DNA of 63,830 nucleotides, the filler included, from Lenisia limosa (lineage: Eukaryota; Protista; Breviatea): NCBI GenBank assembly GCA_001655205.1. It is 8 parts of 8 records of this genome, joined end to end, with 100 filler letters (N's around TTAATTAATTAA, not from the genome) between each part and the next. Parts side by side here need not be neighbours in the genome. Positions count along the whole stretch, not along the records: positions 39,131 to 48,519 come from LPNZ01003049.1; positions 48,620 to 62,241 come from LPNZ01006789.1; 6 more parts are not named here. One strand, written 5' to 3'. The notes under the pieces are model-generated. The model had not been told where the DNA came from and searched no databases. It was given only the letters and a program-made list of their open reading frames with translations. Below are positions 39,274 to 52,424 of the stretch, in pieces (positions within the stretch are counted from its first letter, which is position 1; each line of letters begins with the position of its first letter). The translations under genes and the position numbers were made by a program.

Positions 39274-39485
39274 TCTTCACTTCTGTTCGAAAAATACCGG
39301 TAAAATCAATAACTGTCGAGGATCGGTCTTTTTTTTCGGACCAAAGTGAAGCCCTAGTCGCATAGAGTCCCACAACATCTCCCATACAAACAAGAGTCCT
39401 TGGGCTTCACTTCGGTTTGGAAAAAAACCCCGGTAAAATATCGTTTTTCGAGAAATTCGGTCTTTTTTGAACCGAAGTGAAACCC
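39274..39485. mobile_element. Two neighbouring MITE family A copies (~39274-39355 and ~39402-39485)
   Basis: CTTCACTTCTGTTCGAAAAA...CCAAAGTGAAGCCC|TA and GGGCTTCACTTCGGTTTGGAAAAA...GAACCGAAGTGAAACCC. Confidence 0.75.
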
Positions 39486-39520
39486 ACAATATCTCCAATA
39501 CTAAGGAGAGTCCCACCCAC

Positions 39521-41545
39521 CTGCAGGGTATATCTTGGAGGAAGGGTCACAGAAGTTTCCCAAAACCAGTCAAAAGAGCTCGCAAGCTTGATCTGTAGAC
39601 GGGAGTAAAATCGGAAAATGTATGAAACCAAAAAAACAAGCAATAGAGTGAAATTGGACAATTTATGAAACAAAAAAAAAAGCCCAAATCAACTCTGTTN
39701 NNNNNNNNNNNNNNNNNNNNNNNNNNNNNNNNNNNNNNNNNNNNNNNNNNNNNNNNNNNNNNNCCCAGCAGAATCACACAAGGGTTGAGAACAAGAAAAC
39801 AACCAACCAGGCCAGTCGTTTCTACAGAACCGCATTTCATTTGTTCTGGAATTTGAAATCATGAAAACGTTGTATTTTATTAACTTATAGCAGGTCCTGT
39901 TTGGACTAATGAGAGAAAGGCACCCACTCTATCTGGAATACATGTACTATATTGGTCCAAAAAAGAAAATTATCTAGAATTATTCAAAATTTATGATTGG
40001 TTGTGTGGGGATGTTGTCATTAAAGCAGGTCTCCAAACCAGACTCATTACGTAATCTTAACCGAGCCCCAAATCCATGAATGTTGGTAAAAAAGTTGTCA
40101 AAAGCTTAACCCCAAATCCATAGGAAAACCTGTACACTCAGAGGTTTCATTCTAGTTAAGCGGCCAGCTTTACCCCCCCCCCATCTCCATCTCACGTATA
40201 CGCCACCAGGGTTGCTCAGAACTGGAAAGTGAGAAAATTGTGAATGGTGGGTTGTAATTTGTAAAGAAATTAATTGACAAAATGAGAAATGAAAGTGTCT
40301 GAAATGGGGTTATTGCTACAATAAGTTTCAATTCAGATTTTTAAACTATTTTTCGACTATTTGCACCGATCTATAGTATATTGTGAATGTTGCGCTGTAG
40401 TTAGGGATTCGTTTCGGTTGAAAAAAGACTGAGTTTCTCGATGAATCCCCAAAAACTATCAATATTCTACCAGTCTTTCGCCGAAGTGAATCCCTAGCTA
40501 AAATGCATACAAGTTACCCTGGCGGCAAAAGTTACCCTGCTATCCCTATGCTTTAGTAATACATGTAGTATATATCATATAGTATATCAATACTATACAT
40601 TTACTATGTACATTCCCAGTTACCTTGGTCATTGATCTGCTGGCCCAGGTCAATTGAGGGGTCCAAAAGAGCAACAGTGGGGAATTCGGCAGCATCGACC
40701 GTCAAACGTTTCCCATCTGCAAGAGGAATATTACTTACCAAGATTATGTTACTGATTAGGTAGCAATGTAACATGGGTTGCCAAGGCTTAGGTAGTTTTT
40801 TTTGGACAATTAAATATAAATAGTAGTATATTATAGTATTTAAAAGTTAGAGATGGAGAATCAGCAAGAATGTTAATTTATTATTCAAATTTACCAAGAA
40901 TTAAGTATGAATGACATGGTTTTGCAAAGTAAGTAGGAATGCAACTTGCCAAGATTATGTAACCTAGATTTGACAACGATTAGGCTGTAATGTTCCATGG
41001 GTTTGCCAAGGCTTAGTTAGTTTTTGGACAATATTGTTACATGGTTTTGGTAGGAATGCTACTCAAATTTGACAAGGACTTGGTAGATGTTAACGCACCC
41101 CCCCCCCNNNNNNNNNNNNNNNNNNNNNNNNNNNNNNNNNNNNNNNNNNNNNNNNNNNNNNNNNNNNNNNNNNNNNNNNNNNNNNNNNNNNATCAAGTAT
41201 CATCATAAACATGATCATTATCATCATCCACATCATTATCATCACATTTATCATCATCATTAATATCATCATTATCATCATCATTAATATCATTTAACAT
41301 CATCATCATCATCATCAACAACATCATCAACAACATCATCAACAACATCATCATCATTATCATCATCATCATCATTATTAACATATGCAAATATCATCCC
41401 CCCCATATACACACACAAATTCCCATTACTCCTCCCACCAATGGAACCAGTCAGCGTTTCGATGACGGCAGAGCCCGCGGTAAGAGTGGTTACGTTTCCA
41501 TCATCGGCAATGAATGAGCCGACAGAGAGGTCATTGACACCTGCA
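39521..41545 (-). CDS. Exons of an uncharacterised gene
   Basis: AG/GT-bounded exons GVNDLSVGSFIADDGNVTTLTAGSAVIETLTG (~41420-41540), DGKRLTVDAAEFPTVALLDPSIDLGQQINDQ (~40625-40720) and IKLASSFDWFWETSVTLPPRYTLQ (39521-39592). Confidence 0.45.
39593..39835 (-). repeat. Intron-resident repeat (module B with duplicated 3' part) ending at the acceptor
   Basis: Sense strand GCGGTTCTGTAGAAACGACTGGCCTGG...AACAGAGTTGATTTGGGC...TTTCATACATTTTCCGATTTTACTCCCGTCTACAG|ATC. Confidence 0.75.
41193..41385. repeat. (ATC/AAC/ATT)n trinucleotide microsatellite
   Basis: Direct reading. Confidence 0.9.
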
Positions 41546-42939
41546 TAAACGAAGATCAACCAAGTGATGTTTAGTACAATACAAAACACCCATCAATATT
41601 AAATACTATAGACACTTTTAACTCGTTAAATGATGTCAAAAGGTATTCTGTTCTTGCGAAGGTAATGAAGGTGCAAACCGTTTTTGCCCTCGCTGTTTAT
41701 TACAAAGGCAGTAATTAGGGCAATTAAAGTAAATAGGACCGTGAAGGTGCTCGAAAGCTGCATTTTTGGCTGACTTGACTTTGCCAATTTTCTTCAACTC
41801 CTCTCCCACTCTCTGCTATTTCTCTATTATTAAATTGAATTTATAGAATTATATCATGGGGGTCCATCAGAGCCAGCCGGTATAACATATTTTACTACCC
41901 CATGTTAGTGAAAGAAGAGGCAGAGAAGTGAGAGAAGAGGGTTGTGGAACAGAAACTGCTGGAACAAAACGCTGAGTTCAGATAATTACTCCGTCACTCC
42001 GTCACCAGTGACAATGCTACAAAGGACTGTGACAGTTCTTTTGTTCCTGGTAATATGGTTGCGGGGGTTGGTTAATTGAAATGGGAGGGGGAATTTCATA
42101 CCACTTTTTGTCAAAGTGATATGATCCACTCGTTTGACATATGACAATTGCCCGACAAGTCTCATTTCTGTTTGAAATCCACTAATAATATGACCATGTT
42201 AACCCATACCCACTAGTGATATAATCATTTTGATCATATCACTAGTGGATATGAGTCAACATTTCGACTCGAAAGTCGGCCATATGATCATATCACAAGT
42301 GAGCGTTTCAGCAAACTTGTGAAAATTACCGAACATGATACTTTGGACTCTGTGCTCTTTTTTTTTGAGGACAGCATTTGACAAAATCTGAAATGGAGTT
42401 TTTGCTGCAATGTGTCTCACTTCATATTTTTACAGTATTTTCTCAAGTAATTTACTTGAGCCTACTTTGACTTTGGTTGGGAAATCTGTTGGTTTAACAT
42501 ATCAAGTACAATCCCCGCCATTACTTGGGCTTCACTTCGGTTCAAAAAAGACGGAATTTCTCGATAAATCCTCGAAAACTATCGATATTTTACCAGTCTT
42601 TTTTAGTCCCTACTTATTATTCACTTTTTAGGACGACCGCACTGACGCTCACTCCAGACTTGGTCACCACCATTGACAAGGTTTGTATTTAGGGCTTCAC
42701 TTCGGTTCGGAAAATACCAATTTACCCCCCCCCCCCCNNNNNNNNNNNNNNNNNNNNNNNNNNNNNNNNNNNNNNNNNNNNNNNNNNNNNNNNNNNNNNN
42801 NNNNNNNNNNNNNNNNNNNNNNNNNNNNNNNNNNNNNNNNNNNNNNNNNNNNNTCAAATTGAACGAGCTCATCTCGACCCCCTCCTGCACTCCAGCTGAT
42901 GAAGGAACAATCATGTGGGCACCACTAGGGTTGCATGTA

Positions 42940-43381
42940 GACTTCACTTCGGTTCAAAAAGTCCAGTAAAACATCGATAGTTTTCGAGGATTTATCGAGA
43001 TATTCAGTCTATTTTCGAACCGAAGTAAAACCCTAGTTGCATGTAATGGCTTCATCACGTTTAAGAATCATTGAAGTAGAGTTCTGGCTAAAATATATTC
43101 GACTTCAAATTTTGAAATTAATTTCAAAATGAATTGCATTAAGTCCAACAATAATCATGATTATCACTAATCACCCTCTAGCCGCGTGAAGGACATGGGT
43201 GTCTTGATTTGCAGTGACAGTGAATGGGCTTCAATTTGGCAAAAGGACGATTCAGGTAGGGTGGGAGTTTTGTGTGCGATTTTTAGGGCTTCAATTCGGT
43301 CTGAAAAATACTGGTAAAATATTGATATTTTTCGAGGAAATATCAAGAAATACGGTCTTTTTTCGAACCAAAATGAAGCCC
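42940..43381. mobile_element. Two MITE family A copies (~42940-43033 and 43287-43381)
   Basis: Both have A-type TIRs, the shared core and CCC|TAG right ends. Confidence 0.75.
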
Positions 43382-45330
43382 TAGTTATTTGGTATCCTTA
43401 GATTTTACGTAATGTTTCTCTGATTGGAGTTAATCGTGGGGTTTCCTCTTTTTTTGACAAGTTAGGTGTTTTATTTTCCTTTCTTTCTTTATATCCGGCA
43501 GTTCTCATCCCCCCCCCCCACCCNNNNNNNNNNNNNNNNNNNNNNNNNNNNNNNNNNNNNNNNNNNNNNNNNNNNNNNNNNNNNNNNNNNNNNNNNNNNT
43601 GTGTTGTCAGCCAACAAAGTTGATTTGGGCTTTTATTTTTGGTTTAAAAATTTTCCAATTTTACTCCCCTCCCCCCCCTCGATAGTTTTTTTTTACTATT
43701 CAGTGAGTCAGTTTATCGGCCGATCAACTAACACCACTTTTCTTGAAGCTGGATTTTCTTCATTTGACAGCTACCATGAGAATCTGTGGGTTCAGACAAG
43801 GGATACGTGTATTATTATTTTTTGAGGAAATTAATGGACAAAATTAGAAATGAAAGTGTCTGAAAAGGGGTTCTCGTTCCACTATGTCCCACTTCAAAAT
43901 TTGTAATAGTTTTCCAATTAATTGCACGGAGCCCTAGTTCAGACTGAAGAGAAAGAATGATCTCCAGTGACCGGGATAAGTCTTGACCGGTTTTCCTTAA
44001 TCATAAAGCAAATCGGTCAGGACTTATCCCGGTCACAATACATCCTTAAACAATATATCTAGAACGCTTTAACATGCTTTAAATCCTTGCGTTTTCCTCA
44101 ATCAAGTTAACCTTACTAGGTTTGGCAACTACGTGGCTCAAAAAGTCATTGTTAACGGACCATCCATCACTGTCGCTACCCCAGGAATTTATATGGTGTC
44201 TGCCACTACTACCACCGTCAGGTAGGGCACGTTAAGCTTGTAGTACGCTAGTTTGTAGTTTTACTGCAAATAAATTAATATCAATAGCATCATAGTTGTG
44301 ATGGGCGGCTTGTTGTATTTCTACATATAAGCCCCCTCAACATACAAGGTTTGCATCTTCACTTTCGGTTCTTAAAAAGACTGAAATCTCGAAAAATCCT
44401 GGAAAAGTATCGAAATAAAACTCTAACAAGGATTAATAACAACTTTTCTTTGAGCAGACGTTTTTAATAGACCATATTTAGGGCTTCCTTGTGGTCCGAA
44501 AAAGACCGTTAAAATATCGATATTTATCGACGATTTATCGAGATATATGGTCTTTTTTGGGACCGTAAGGAAGCAGTATCCATATTAAATAGACCATAAC
44601 TGACCAACATCGCAGCACCACTCCAGCAAGTGTTTTCCTCGTGTCGGGAGGGACAAGAATCGCTGAGCACTTTTTGGCTGTCACTTCCTTCCCCAACGCC
44701 CAAACTCTGATCGGTTCCAGAGCTACTGTGGGTTTGTTGACTTGGCTGGGCTTTTTTTGTTGGTACATGTATATTCACTTTTGTGGAATTGTGGTCTGAC
44801 ACTAAGATAAAATGTATCTTATTCTATATGACATGGTATATCATATAGCATATGTAGGGCTTCACTTCGGTTCAAAAATGACAAAATTTCTCGATATATC
44901 CTGGAAAACTATCGATATTTTGTCGGAATTCTTCGAAGTTCTAATCATATGTATTTTCGTATTAATATGATATTTGACATTTAGACATTTATGAATCCTA
45001 ATTTTTACATATTCACCACACAGCTTTTTGAAATTCCGGAGGGAGCGGCAGAGGCGGACAGAACATTTCGCTTTGACCTGAGTGATGCTAGCTCAATGGT
45101 GGAGGTCGGTTGTTTTACACCGCCCCGACCCGGGATTCTCATGAACGCTACGACGCACCCCACCTCGCACCTCTACATACTACGATGACCCCACAGACAT
45201 AACCAAATAACCACAGAATTAAACATAAGCAAAAAAAACATCACAAATCTTATACAACATGATTTTATTGTTTCAGCTTGATGTGTCAATTCTCTTCTTA
45301 CGGGAGTTGCCCGGAAGTCTTCCGAGAGGT
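43180..45330 (+). CDS. Exons of an uncharacterised, probably beta-rich protein
   Basis: AG/GT-bounded exons RVKDMGVLICSDSEWASIWQKDDS, VNLTRFGNYVAQKVIVNGPSITVATPGIYMVSATTTTV, LFEIPEGAAEADRTFRFDLSDASSMVE and LDVSILFLRELPGSLPR. Confidence 0.4.
43600..43703 (+). repeat. Intron-resident repeat (module B) ahead of an acceptor
   Basis: TGTGTTGTCAGCCAACAAAGTTGATTTGGGCTTTT...AAATTTTCCAATTTTACTCCCCTCCCCCCC...TTCAG|TGAG. Confidence 0.7.
43965..44038. mobile_element. MITE family D copy
   Basis: CAGTGACCGGGATAAGTCTTGACC...GGTCAGGACTTATCCCGGTCACAA|TA. Confidence 0.8.
44481..44572. mobile_element. MITE family B copy
   Basis: TA|GGGCTTCCTTGTGGTCCGAAAAAGACC...GGTCTTTTTTGGGACCGTAAGGAAGC. Confidence 0.75.
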
Positions 45331-45944
45331 ATTGGGGTTAGGGCTTCACTTTGGTCCGAAAAAACGGAATTTCTCAATAAAACCTCGAAAATTATCGATA
45401 TTTTACCCGGCTTTTTCAGACCAAAGGGTGGAAGGGGGAATGGGTCCTCGTAAGTTTGTATTTTTAGAGGAAAATAATTGAAAACTATTAATATTAAAAT
45501 GTCTTAAGTGTAGTTGCGTTTACAATATGCAGCACTTTTATCTTAAATTTTATTTCTAAAACAATGATGTGGACAGATTCGGACAGATGCTTCCGTTTAT
45601 ATTTCTCACTTCAAAATAATATGTTTTATAATTCCTCTTTTCTCATTGAGCCATATCATATGTGTTTTTATTCTTTTTTTGTCTTGCCATCGCAGATTTT
45701 GCCTTTTGTTTATTGACAACCGCAGATTTTGTCTTTTGTTTATAACAATTGCAGATTTTGCCAGCTTTGGTGCCTTTTTGGACGGTTCCTCAATTTCGAC
45801 ATACATAGTTCAAGTCCCAAGCTCAGCCTCTCTGTCGGTAGCGGCAATCTTGTTTTTTTGTTGAGAGCAAGACCATACAGTGACCGCGATAAGTCATAAG
45901 CATACTATATCATACTAGATATGATATGATATGATATGATATCC

Positions 45945-46005
45945 AATATCTCTAATAAGCGTGATGGTGTGGACGGCTTCAGCCAGATACAACCTTTTTT
46001 TTATC
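45945..46005 (+). repeat. Dispersed short repeat family F (GATGGTGTGGACGGCTTCRGCCAGATAC)
   Basis: Related copies at ~6335, ~8131, ~24536/24575, ~26665, ~33205, ~38615-38740 (three variants) and ~45566. Confidence 0.7.
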
Positions 46006-46756
46006 TCTATACATGTAGCCATAATATATAACGATTGCCCTCATTTTGACTTCACTTCAAAACAACTAAATTTCTGGATAAATCCTCGAAAACTATCGAT
46101 ATTTTAGTGTTTTATTTTCAAACCAAAGTGAAACCCTAGCCCTAAACTGCTGTATTTAGACAATTGCCCTAACCTGCTGTATCTAGATACGGCCAATTCA
46201 TTGATTACACATTGGAATCCGACGGGGCCTCTCCGCACTACTTCGGAGGTGTCGGACTATGTGTTGGTGCCGCCAAGTTTGGGGCTGGGAGGAACCTCAT
46301 GGACATCCACAACATCAATGCGGCCACCAAGGTTGGAGACTCTGGGAATAATATGATATTATTATGCTACAGTTAGGGCTTCACTTCGGTTCGAAAGATG
46401 CCGGGGAAATATCGATTTTGGAGGATTTATCGAGAAATTCAGTCTTTTTTCGAACCGAATCCCTAACCACAATTTGTATTATTACTGCCAAAGCTTCAGA
46501 GTACTATCATAATATGCTTCCGAGGTTTGTCTTGGCTTTTCGGATAATATTGGCTCTAGAGTTCTTTGAGAATATAGTAGTATATATCAAATATTATGTA
46601 CACACAGGGTGTATTTCTACTACATGATATTGTAGCTGTACCATATCATATATATCTGTATTATTACGATATTATACACTGACTGCGAGAAGTCCTGAAA
46701 CGGAGACTAGATGGAATGTGTTTAGTAACATAGCTTGCACACAACCGACATATCTT

Positions 46757-46903
46757 TACTATGGCGCATCGACACTCGGGACTCCCTGTTCTTATTTGGG
46801 AACCATAAATTGCTTTGAATTACCATTAAATTCCATTGGATTCCCATGTAAAATATGGAAATTCCATTGTTTCACAAGACTCCCAAGTCGATGCGCCGTA
46901 GTG
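46757..46903. mobile_element. MITE family C copy
   Basis: TACTATGGCGCATCGAC...CCCAAGTCGATGCGCCGTAGTG|TA. Confidence 0.8.
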
Positions 46904-46905
46904 TA

Positions 46906-46991
46906 AGGCTTCACTTCATTTCGGTAATATATCGATAGTTTTCGAGGATTTATCGAGAAATTTGGTCTTTTTTTGAACCGAAATGAAGCCC
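46906..46991. mobile_element. MITE family A copy abutting the family C copy
   Basis: TA|AGGCTTCACTTCATTTCGG...TTTTTTGAACCGAAATGAAGCCC|TA. Confidence 0.8.
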
Positions 46992-47391
46992 TACTTACCA
47001 CCCACCAGAGGGAAGTTCTAGACTTCAAAACTGCTGTTGCCGATACTGTCATTGGTGGCGAGGGTTGCATTCTTCATATTACTACACATAGTTCTTCACT
47101 AATGGGTGTTACTGGATTATGGGGATTACGTATCATATGTTTAACCAAGAGTGCTTTTGGGTTTTTGTTTCATAGTTTTCCATAATATTGTTCGAACTTC
47201 CCTACAGTCCGAAAACCGTTTACATATCGAAAGTTATCGAGGATTTATCGAGAGATTCGGTCTTTTTTGGGACCGTAGGGAAGCCTTAGTTACACCCCTC
47301 ACCCTCTTCTCAATAAAGTCGATTCTGGTTTTCCGAAGCTACTGGTCTGTTTTTTTTTTGTTTTTCCTATCCCTCGATGGTTCTCAGCCAT

Positions 47392-47469
47392 CAGAGTTGA
47401 TTTTGGGCTTTTTTGTTTCCATAAGTTTTTAAATTTTACCTCCCCCCCTCCCACATTCTTACACCGCAG
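47392..47469 (+). repeat. Intron-resident repeat (3' part of module B) ending at a CAG
   Basis: CAGAGTTGATTTTGGGCTTTTTTGTTTCCATAAG...AATTTTACCTCCCCCCC...CCGCAG. Confidence 0.65.
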
Positions 47470-48171
47470 GATTTTCTTCGTTGCAATCAGCTGACGCTGG
47501 CCAGGTCTACAAACTCTCCCGGTTCGCATTCCCAAAAAGACTTAATCCTCGATAAATCCTCGATAAATATCGATATTAGACTTACACCACTGTCACTGAA
47601 TGATATATTGCAGCATACAAATGTATTTGAATGAGCCTCCAACCAATTTGGTACCTCAACTATCCAACTTTCCTTATACCCCCCTCTCCTTCTGCGGATA
47701 TCGGTCTTCCAAGGTTTTTAGATGCAAATTTGATAGATTGCAATCCCCAGGTTTTTATTAAATGTAATATATTTCTTGCCTTCGAAATACAAACATTTAT
47801 TTCGTTGTAGCTTCGATGATTCCTCATCTTATTTCCATGGTGAACGCGCGACAATGGAGGGCGGATGTGTCCTGTTGGATCATGAGCCGAAATTGGGTAG
47901 GCTTTCCCTAAGGTATTAGCTTGGGATTGTCATAAACGCTACGGTACATTAGCTTGGGATTGTTATGAACACAGTTCGGCGCATTGACTTGGGTTATAAT
48001 GAACACTATGGCACATTGAATTGGGATCACTACAGCATATTGACATGGATTTCTGATGAAAAAGTTGGGATTGCGATATTAACATGGGAATCCTTTGTAA
48101 TTTGATGGAAATCTGAAGATATTTGTGGGATTCCCAGATTAATCATGGGAATTCCAAGTCGATGTGCCATC

Positions 48172-48249
48172 CAGTGACCGGGATAAGTCTTGACCGAATT
48201 TCGTTGGGAAATCACATAGCAAATCGGACAAGACTAATCCCGGTCACGG
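48172..48249. mobile_element. MITE family D copy
   Basis: CAGTGACCGGGATAAGTCTTGACCG...CGGACAAGACTAATCCCGGTCACGG|TA. Confidence 0.8.
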
Positions 48250-48519
48250 TACATAGTATGCAGTATGTGTTTTTCCATCTGATACTAGGTACGTTTGCTT
48301 CTGTCGAGTTCCATCCAAATGAATGTGGCAGCTACCCATGCCCGACAACATCATTTAGGTGGGCGTTGCATTGTTTGTAATGATTTTTATTAACAAGGGA
48401 AATCGTATACATTAGAAATCTAGGGAAACAAAGGATAATATTAAAGAATTACCAAAATCTCGTGCCTACGCTAATTAATTACTTTACACCACAGAGTTGA
48501 TTCTTGGCTTTTGTTTGTT

Positions 48520-48619
48520 NNNNNNNNNNNNNNNNNNNNNNNNNNNNNNNNNNNNNNNNNNNNTTAATTAATTAANNNNNNNNNNNNNNNNNNNNNNNNN
48601 NNNNNNNNNNNNNNNNNNN
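48520..48619. other. Artificial scaffold spacer
   Basis: 44 N + TTAATTAATTAA + 44 N. Confidence 0.97.
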
Positions 48620-51600
48620 ACTTGGGGTTCCCGCGTAGTATTAGGGAGTCCAATATATTTCTTCGGTTTTCCATACAATCACATGTGCTTCACATGGAAA
48701 CAATGAGAATCCAAAGTCAATGCGCCATGGTTTACTATTTTTGATTGGGATATCAACCGAATAATGGAGGGTTAAGAGCGCTTTAATTATACTGAGAGGG
48801 GGGGGGGGGNNNNNNNNNNNNNNNNNNNNNNNNNNNNNNNNNNNNNNNNNNNNNNNNNNNNNNNNNNNNNNNNNNNNNNNNNNNNNNNNNNNNNNNNNNN
48901 NNNNNNNNNNNNNNNNNNNNNNNNNNNNNNNNNNNNNNNNNNNNNNNNNNNNNNNCCTGTTTAAAGGTCAAAACAACAGGAAATACCGGGGACGGTAATG
49001 GTGAATATTAGGTCAAACAGAGGGAAGGTTACCGCTTCATACATTCCTTATTACCCCCTCCCTCTAGGGCCTCATTTCGGTTCAAACAATACTGGTAAAA
49101 TATCGATAATTTTCGAGGATTAATTGAGCAATTCAGTCTCTTCTCGAACCGAAGTGAAGCCCAACAAATCTCCCACTCCCATGTTACAAACAAATAGCCC
49201 CTATTTTATCATGTGAAATTGGAAAATTTATGAAACAAAAATAAAAAGAGTGGGGGTTTCAGTAACGAGGAAAAGTCTTGACCTATTTTCCTTGGGAAAT
49301 CACATAGCAAATCGGTTTAGACTTATTTTGGTCCTGTATAATCAGATACATCCTGCGCACTAGACGTAATTGACGCGCACGGGCTGAGCATAATGCTCTG
49401 ACTCGGGNNNNNNNNNNNNNNNNNNNNNNNNNNNNNNNNNNNNNNNNNNNNNNNNNNNNNNNNNNNNNNNNNNNNNNNNNNNNNNNNNNNNNNNNNNNNN
49501 NNNNNNNNNNNCTTGTGTCAGTGGTGGCGGTGAAAATGTTGACCAGCAATACGACATGAGTTCAATTTTTATCATTACATATCCTCGAAATAAGAAATTT
49601 AACTAAAAAGTGCGAGCTATTTATTCTGACTGCCATTTTTGCCGATAAGGCATGATAAGCACACTCACACCTGGACCCAGCTCCCGAAAGACCTTGATCA
49701 AGAGGGTAGTTTAAAAGAGGCGCTATCATTGTAAATCATGAAATTGTCTCATCGTTTCAGATCAGCCCTGAACCCTCCATCGCTGACCTCAAGAAGTTCA
49801 ACCATCATGTCCCCCGGCTGCAGTCGCCCTACCCATCGGGATACTTTTATATGTTTGTTATTGTTGTTTTTGCATTCGATCTTTGCTTCTAGTTATTCGC
49901 AGTAACTTTGAACAAAACACTGCGCCGTGAACTTTCACGCCTCTTGCTTGCGCCTTGAAACGATTGCCGCATACGATCTCGCAGATGTGGGTTGATTGAT
50001 GCTCGGTTGTTAATGGAGTTCTTAGAGTTTAATGTGATGATGTTCCTTAAGGCTATTTTTCTGGTGTCACAGCGACATTGTAATTGAAAAATAAGAATTG
50101 CAGAAAACAAACAAAAACAAAAACGAAAATAATAAAAAAAAATAAAAATCAAAATAAAAAAGAACAGAATAATCATGGAAGTGGTGCGAATATTCCATCA
50201 ATACAGATATTATTGATAAAAAGACAAGACAACCAACCAATTCACTCTACGAAAAGAAGAAATTTTTTTGACACCCCCTTCCCACGCTATGAGAAACCGG
50301 CATTCGTGATGCTGATGACCTGCCCTGGTAACCCTCGGGTGGCGTGAGCGTGACGTGGTTGGCGGGCTTTAGTGTAGCACGGATGAACTTCTCATCCGGC
50401 GTGGGTCCCAGGGTGTTCAGCTTGAGGAGGGTTCTGGGGAGTGGTGGTAAACAAAATCGTTATTTCTTTCAAAAGAAAAGAGAAGCAGGGTTGTTGGAGT
50501 TGTGAGAGTTCTGGGGGTGAGAAAAATCTGATTTAAACTGAAATCTAACAAGAAGCCTAAACAATTATTGACACCCTACCCGTCAGGGGTTGTTAAGAAC
50601 CAAACCTTCATCAGGTACACGAAATTATTGATAATTATTGCCCCCACCTGTCACATTATAGTGTACGAATTATTGACAATTATAGCCCCACCCCCACCCA
50701 CCCGTCGGTAAAGAGCGCGGCCATTCCACCGATGGAAGAGCTGACACAGGCTACTTGCGAGGTTCTNNNNNNNNNNNNNNNNNNNNNNNNNNNNNNNNNN
50801 NNNNNNNNNNNNNNNNNNNNNNNNNNNNNNNNNNNNNNNNNNNNATAGATAGGGCTTCATCCAGACGGAATTTCTCGATAAATCATAAATGATATCACAT
50901 AGTACATAAATAATGGCTTCATTTTGATTCGAAATACCGGTTAAATGTATCGATAGTTTTCGAATATTTATCGAGAAATTATAAATCAAAGTGCAGCCCT
51001 AGTCTATATGCATCAGACTATATGTTTCGCTTGTCTTATTCGGACTGCCCATCAGAGGACCCCCAAACGGTTCGACAGAGAGGAAGACGGTGGTTTGAGG
51101 GGGGAGCATCTCAAAGACCACCAGCGACGTCGTGGTCATGTCAGTCAGGGATACGCGGCTGAAATTGTGAAATGCCATGAAAACAGAGCTCAAAATCCAG
51201 TAAATTTTGGTCAATAAAACACAAATATTCTTTATCCCTCCTCCATATGAACGTACTCCTATTTCCCGCAGCAAACACAAGGAACAATTTAGACGACGTT
51301 GCAACAACTGTCCAAAGGCAGTCAACACCCAGTTTTGCCGCAACCACAGGGGACGACGTGACGACAGCGGCTCGACCGCTGGATATGCCCGGGGTGGGGG
51401 CAGCTTGTTTGGAGTGGATCACGAGATCACATCTCCACTCTCCTTTGACAGTGGCTCTGTCAGGGGTGAAAAACGGACCATTTGGAAACGACAAAAACAT
51501 AAAATAGAATTTTGTGAAAAATTTAGATTGTGGGTGGGGGTGATTTAAAGATAGATATTTAGATGAAAAATAGTCGAAATCCCACCTCATACAATATATG

Positions 51601-52424
51601 TAGCTATATCCATCATATATATCATATAGAGATGAGAAGAGGAAGAAAAAACAAGTAAGTGTCTGGCCTAAGCTGGTCCACACCACGCTTAAGGAGATAT
51701 TAGATTTTAGTACAACATTCACCCCCACACTACAGTCCACAATGAAATAATTATTATGGTAAAATGTCAATACTAGACAAAAATGCTAATAGATATGAAC
51801 GTTACCCACGGTTTGATTTCAGCATTCTCCTCGTTTTTTTCGGGCGTTTCTTCAAGGGAATTGTTGTCATCCGTGCTTTGAGCATTTTGGGACATTAGCT
51901 GTGACGCTGGTACAAATGAGAGTAATTTGTATTCTGGTATCCCTATGTATTTACTTGATCTCAGATTTTTAATGTAATATATGATAGTATGAGCTATGAT
52001 TTCTTGCTGTGACAAAGGGGGGAAAAAGAGAGAGGGGGAAGGTAGGTAAATGAGCATATCCATATCATTAAATTAGACCTCCACCCCCCCCAATTTCTTT
52101 CATCATTATTGACCAATTCCAATTATCATTAACAGCCCCCCTCCCCTTCTAGGGTCTTTGGTGCTTCTTACCTCCTTGATTGAATTGGGAGTCCTGGGAA
52201 GTAAGAGGAAAACGAAGATGATAACAAAACAAAACAACAAATAATCAAAATAAAATAATGTTTGTTTTGAAAAATCCACAATTTAGATGATATTTCAAGT
52301 ATTTCCACTGTATCTATCCATGATTTATGTATATATGTATCATCAACACCAATGTTACCCCCGTATAAACAATACCCCCACATAACCCATAAACGGAGTA
52401 AAATTAGTTACAACCCCCACATAC

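Noticed and set aside
41090-41589. Poly-Met and poly-Asp ORFs
   Set aside because: They are translations of an (ATC)n microsatellite. The same applies to 29855-30180.
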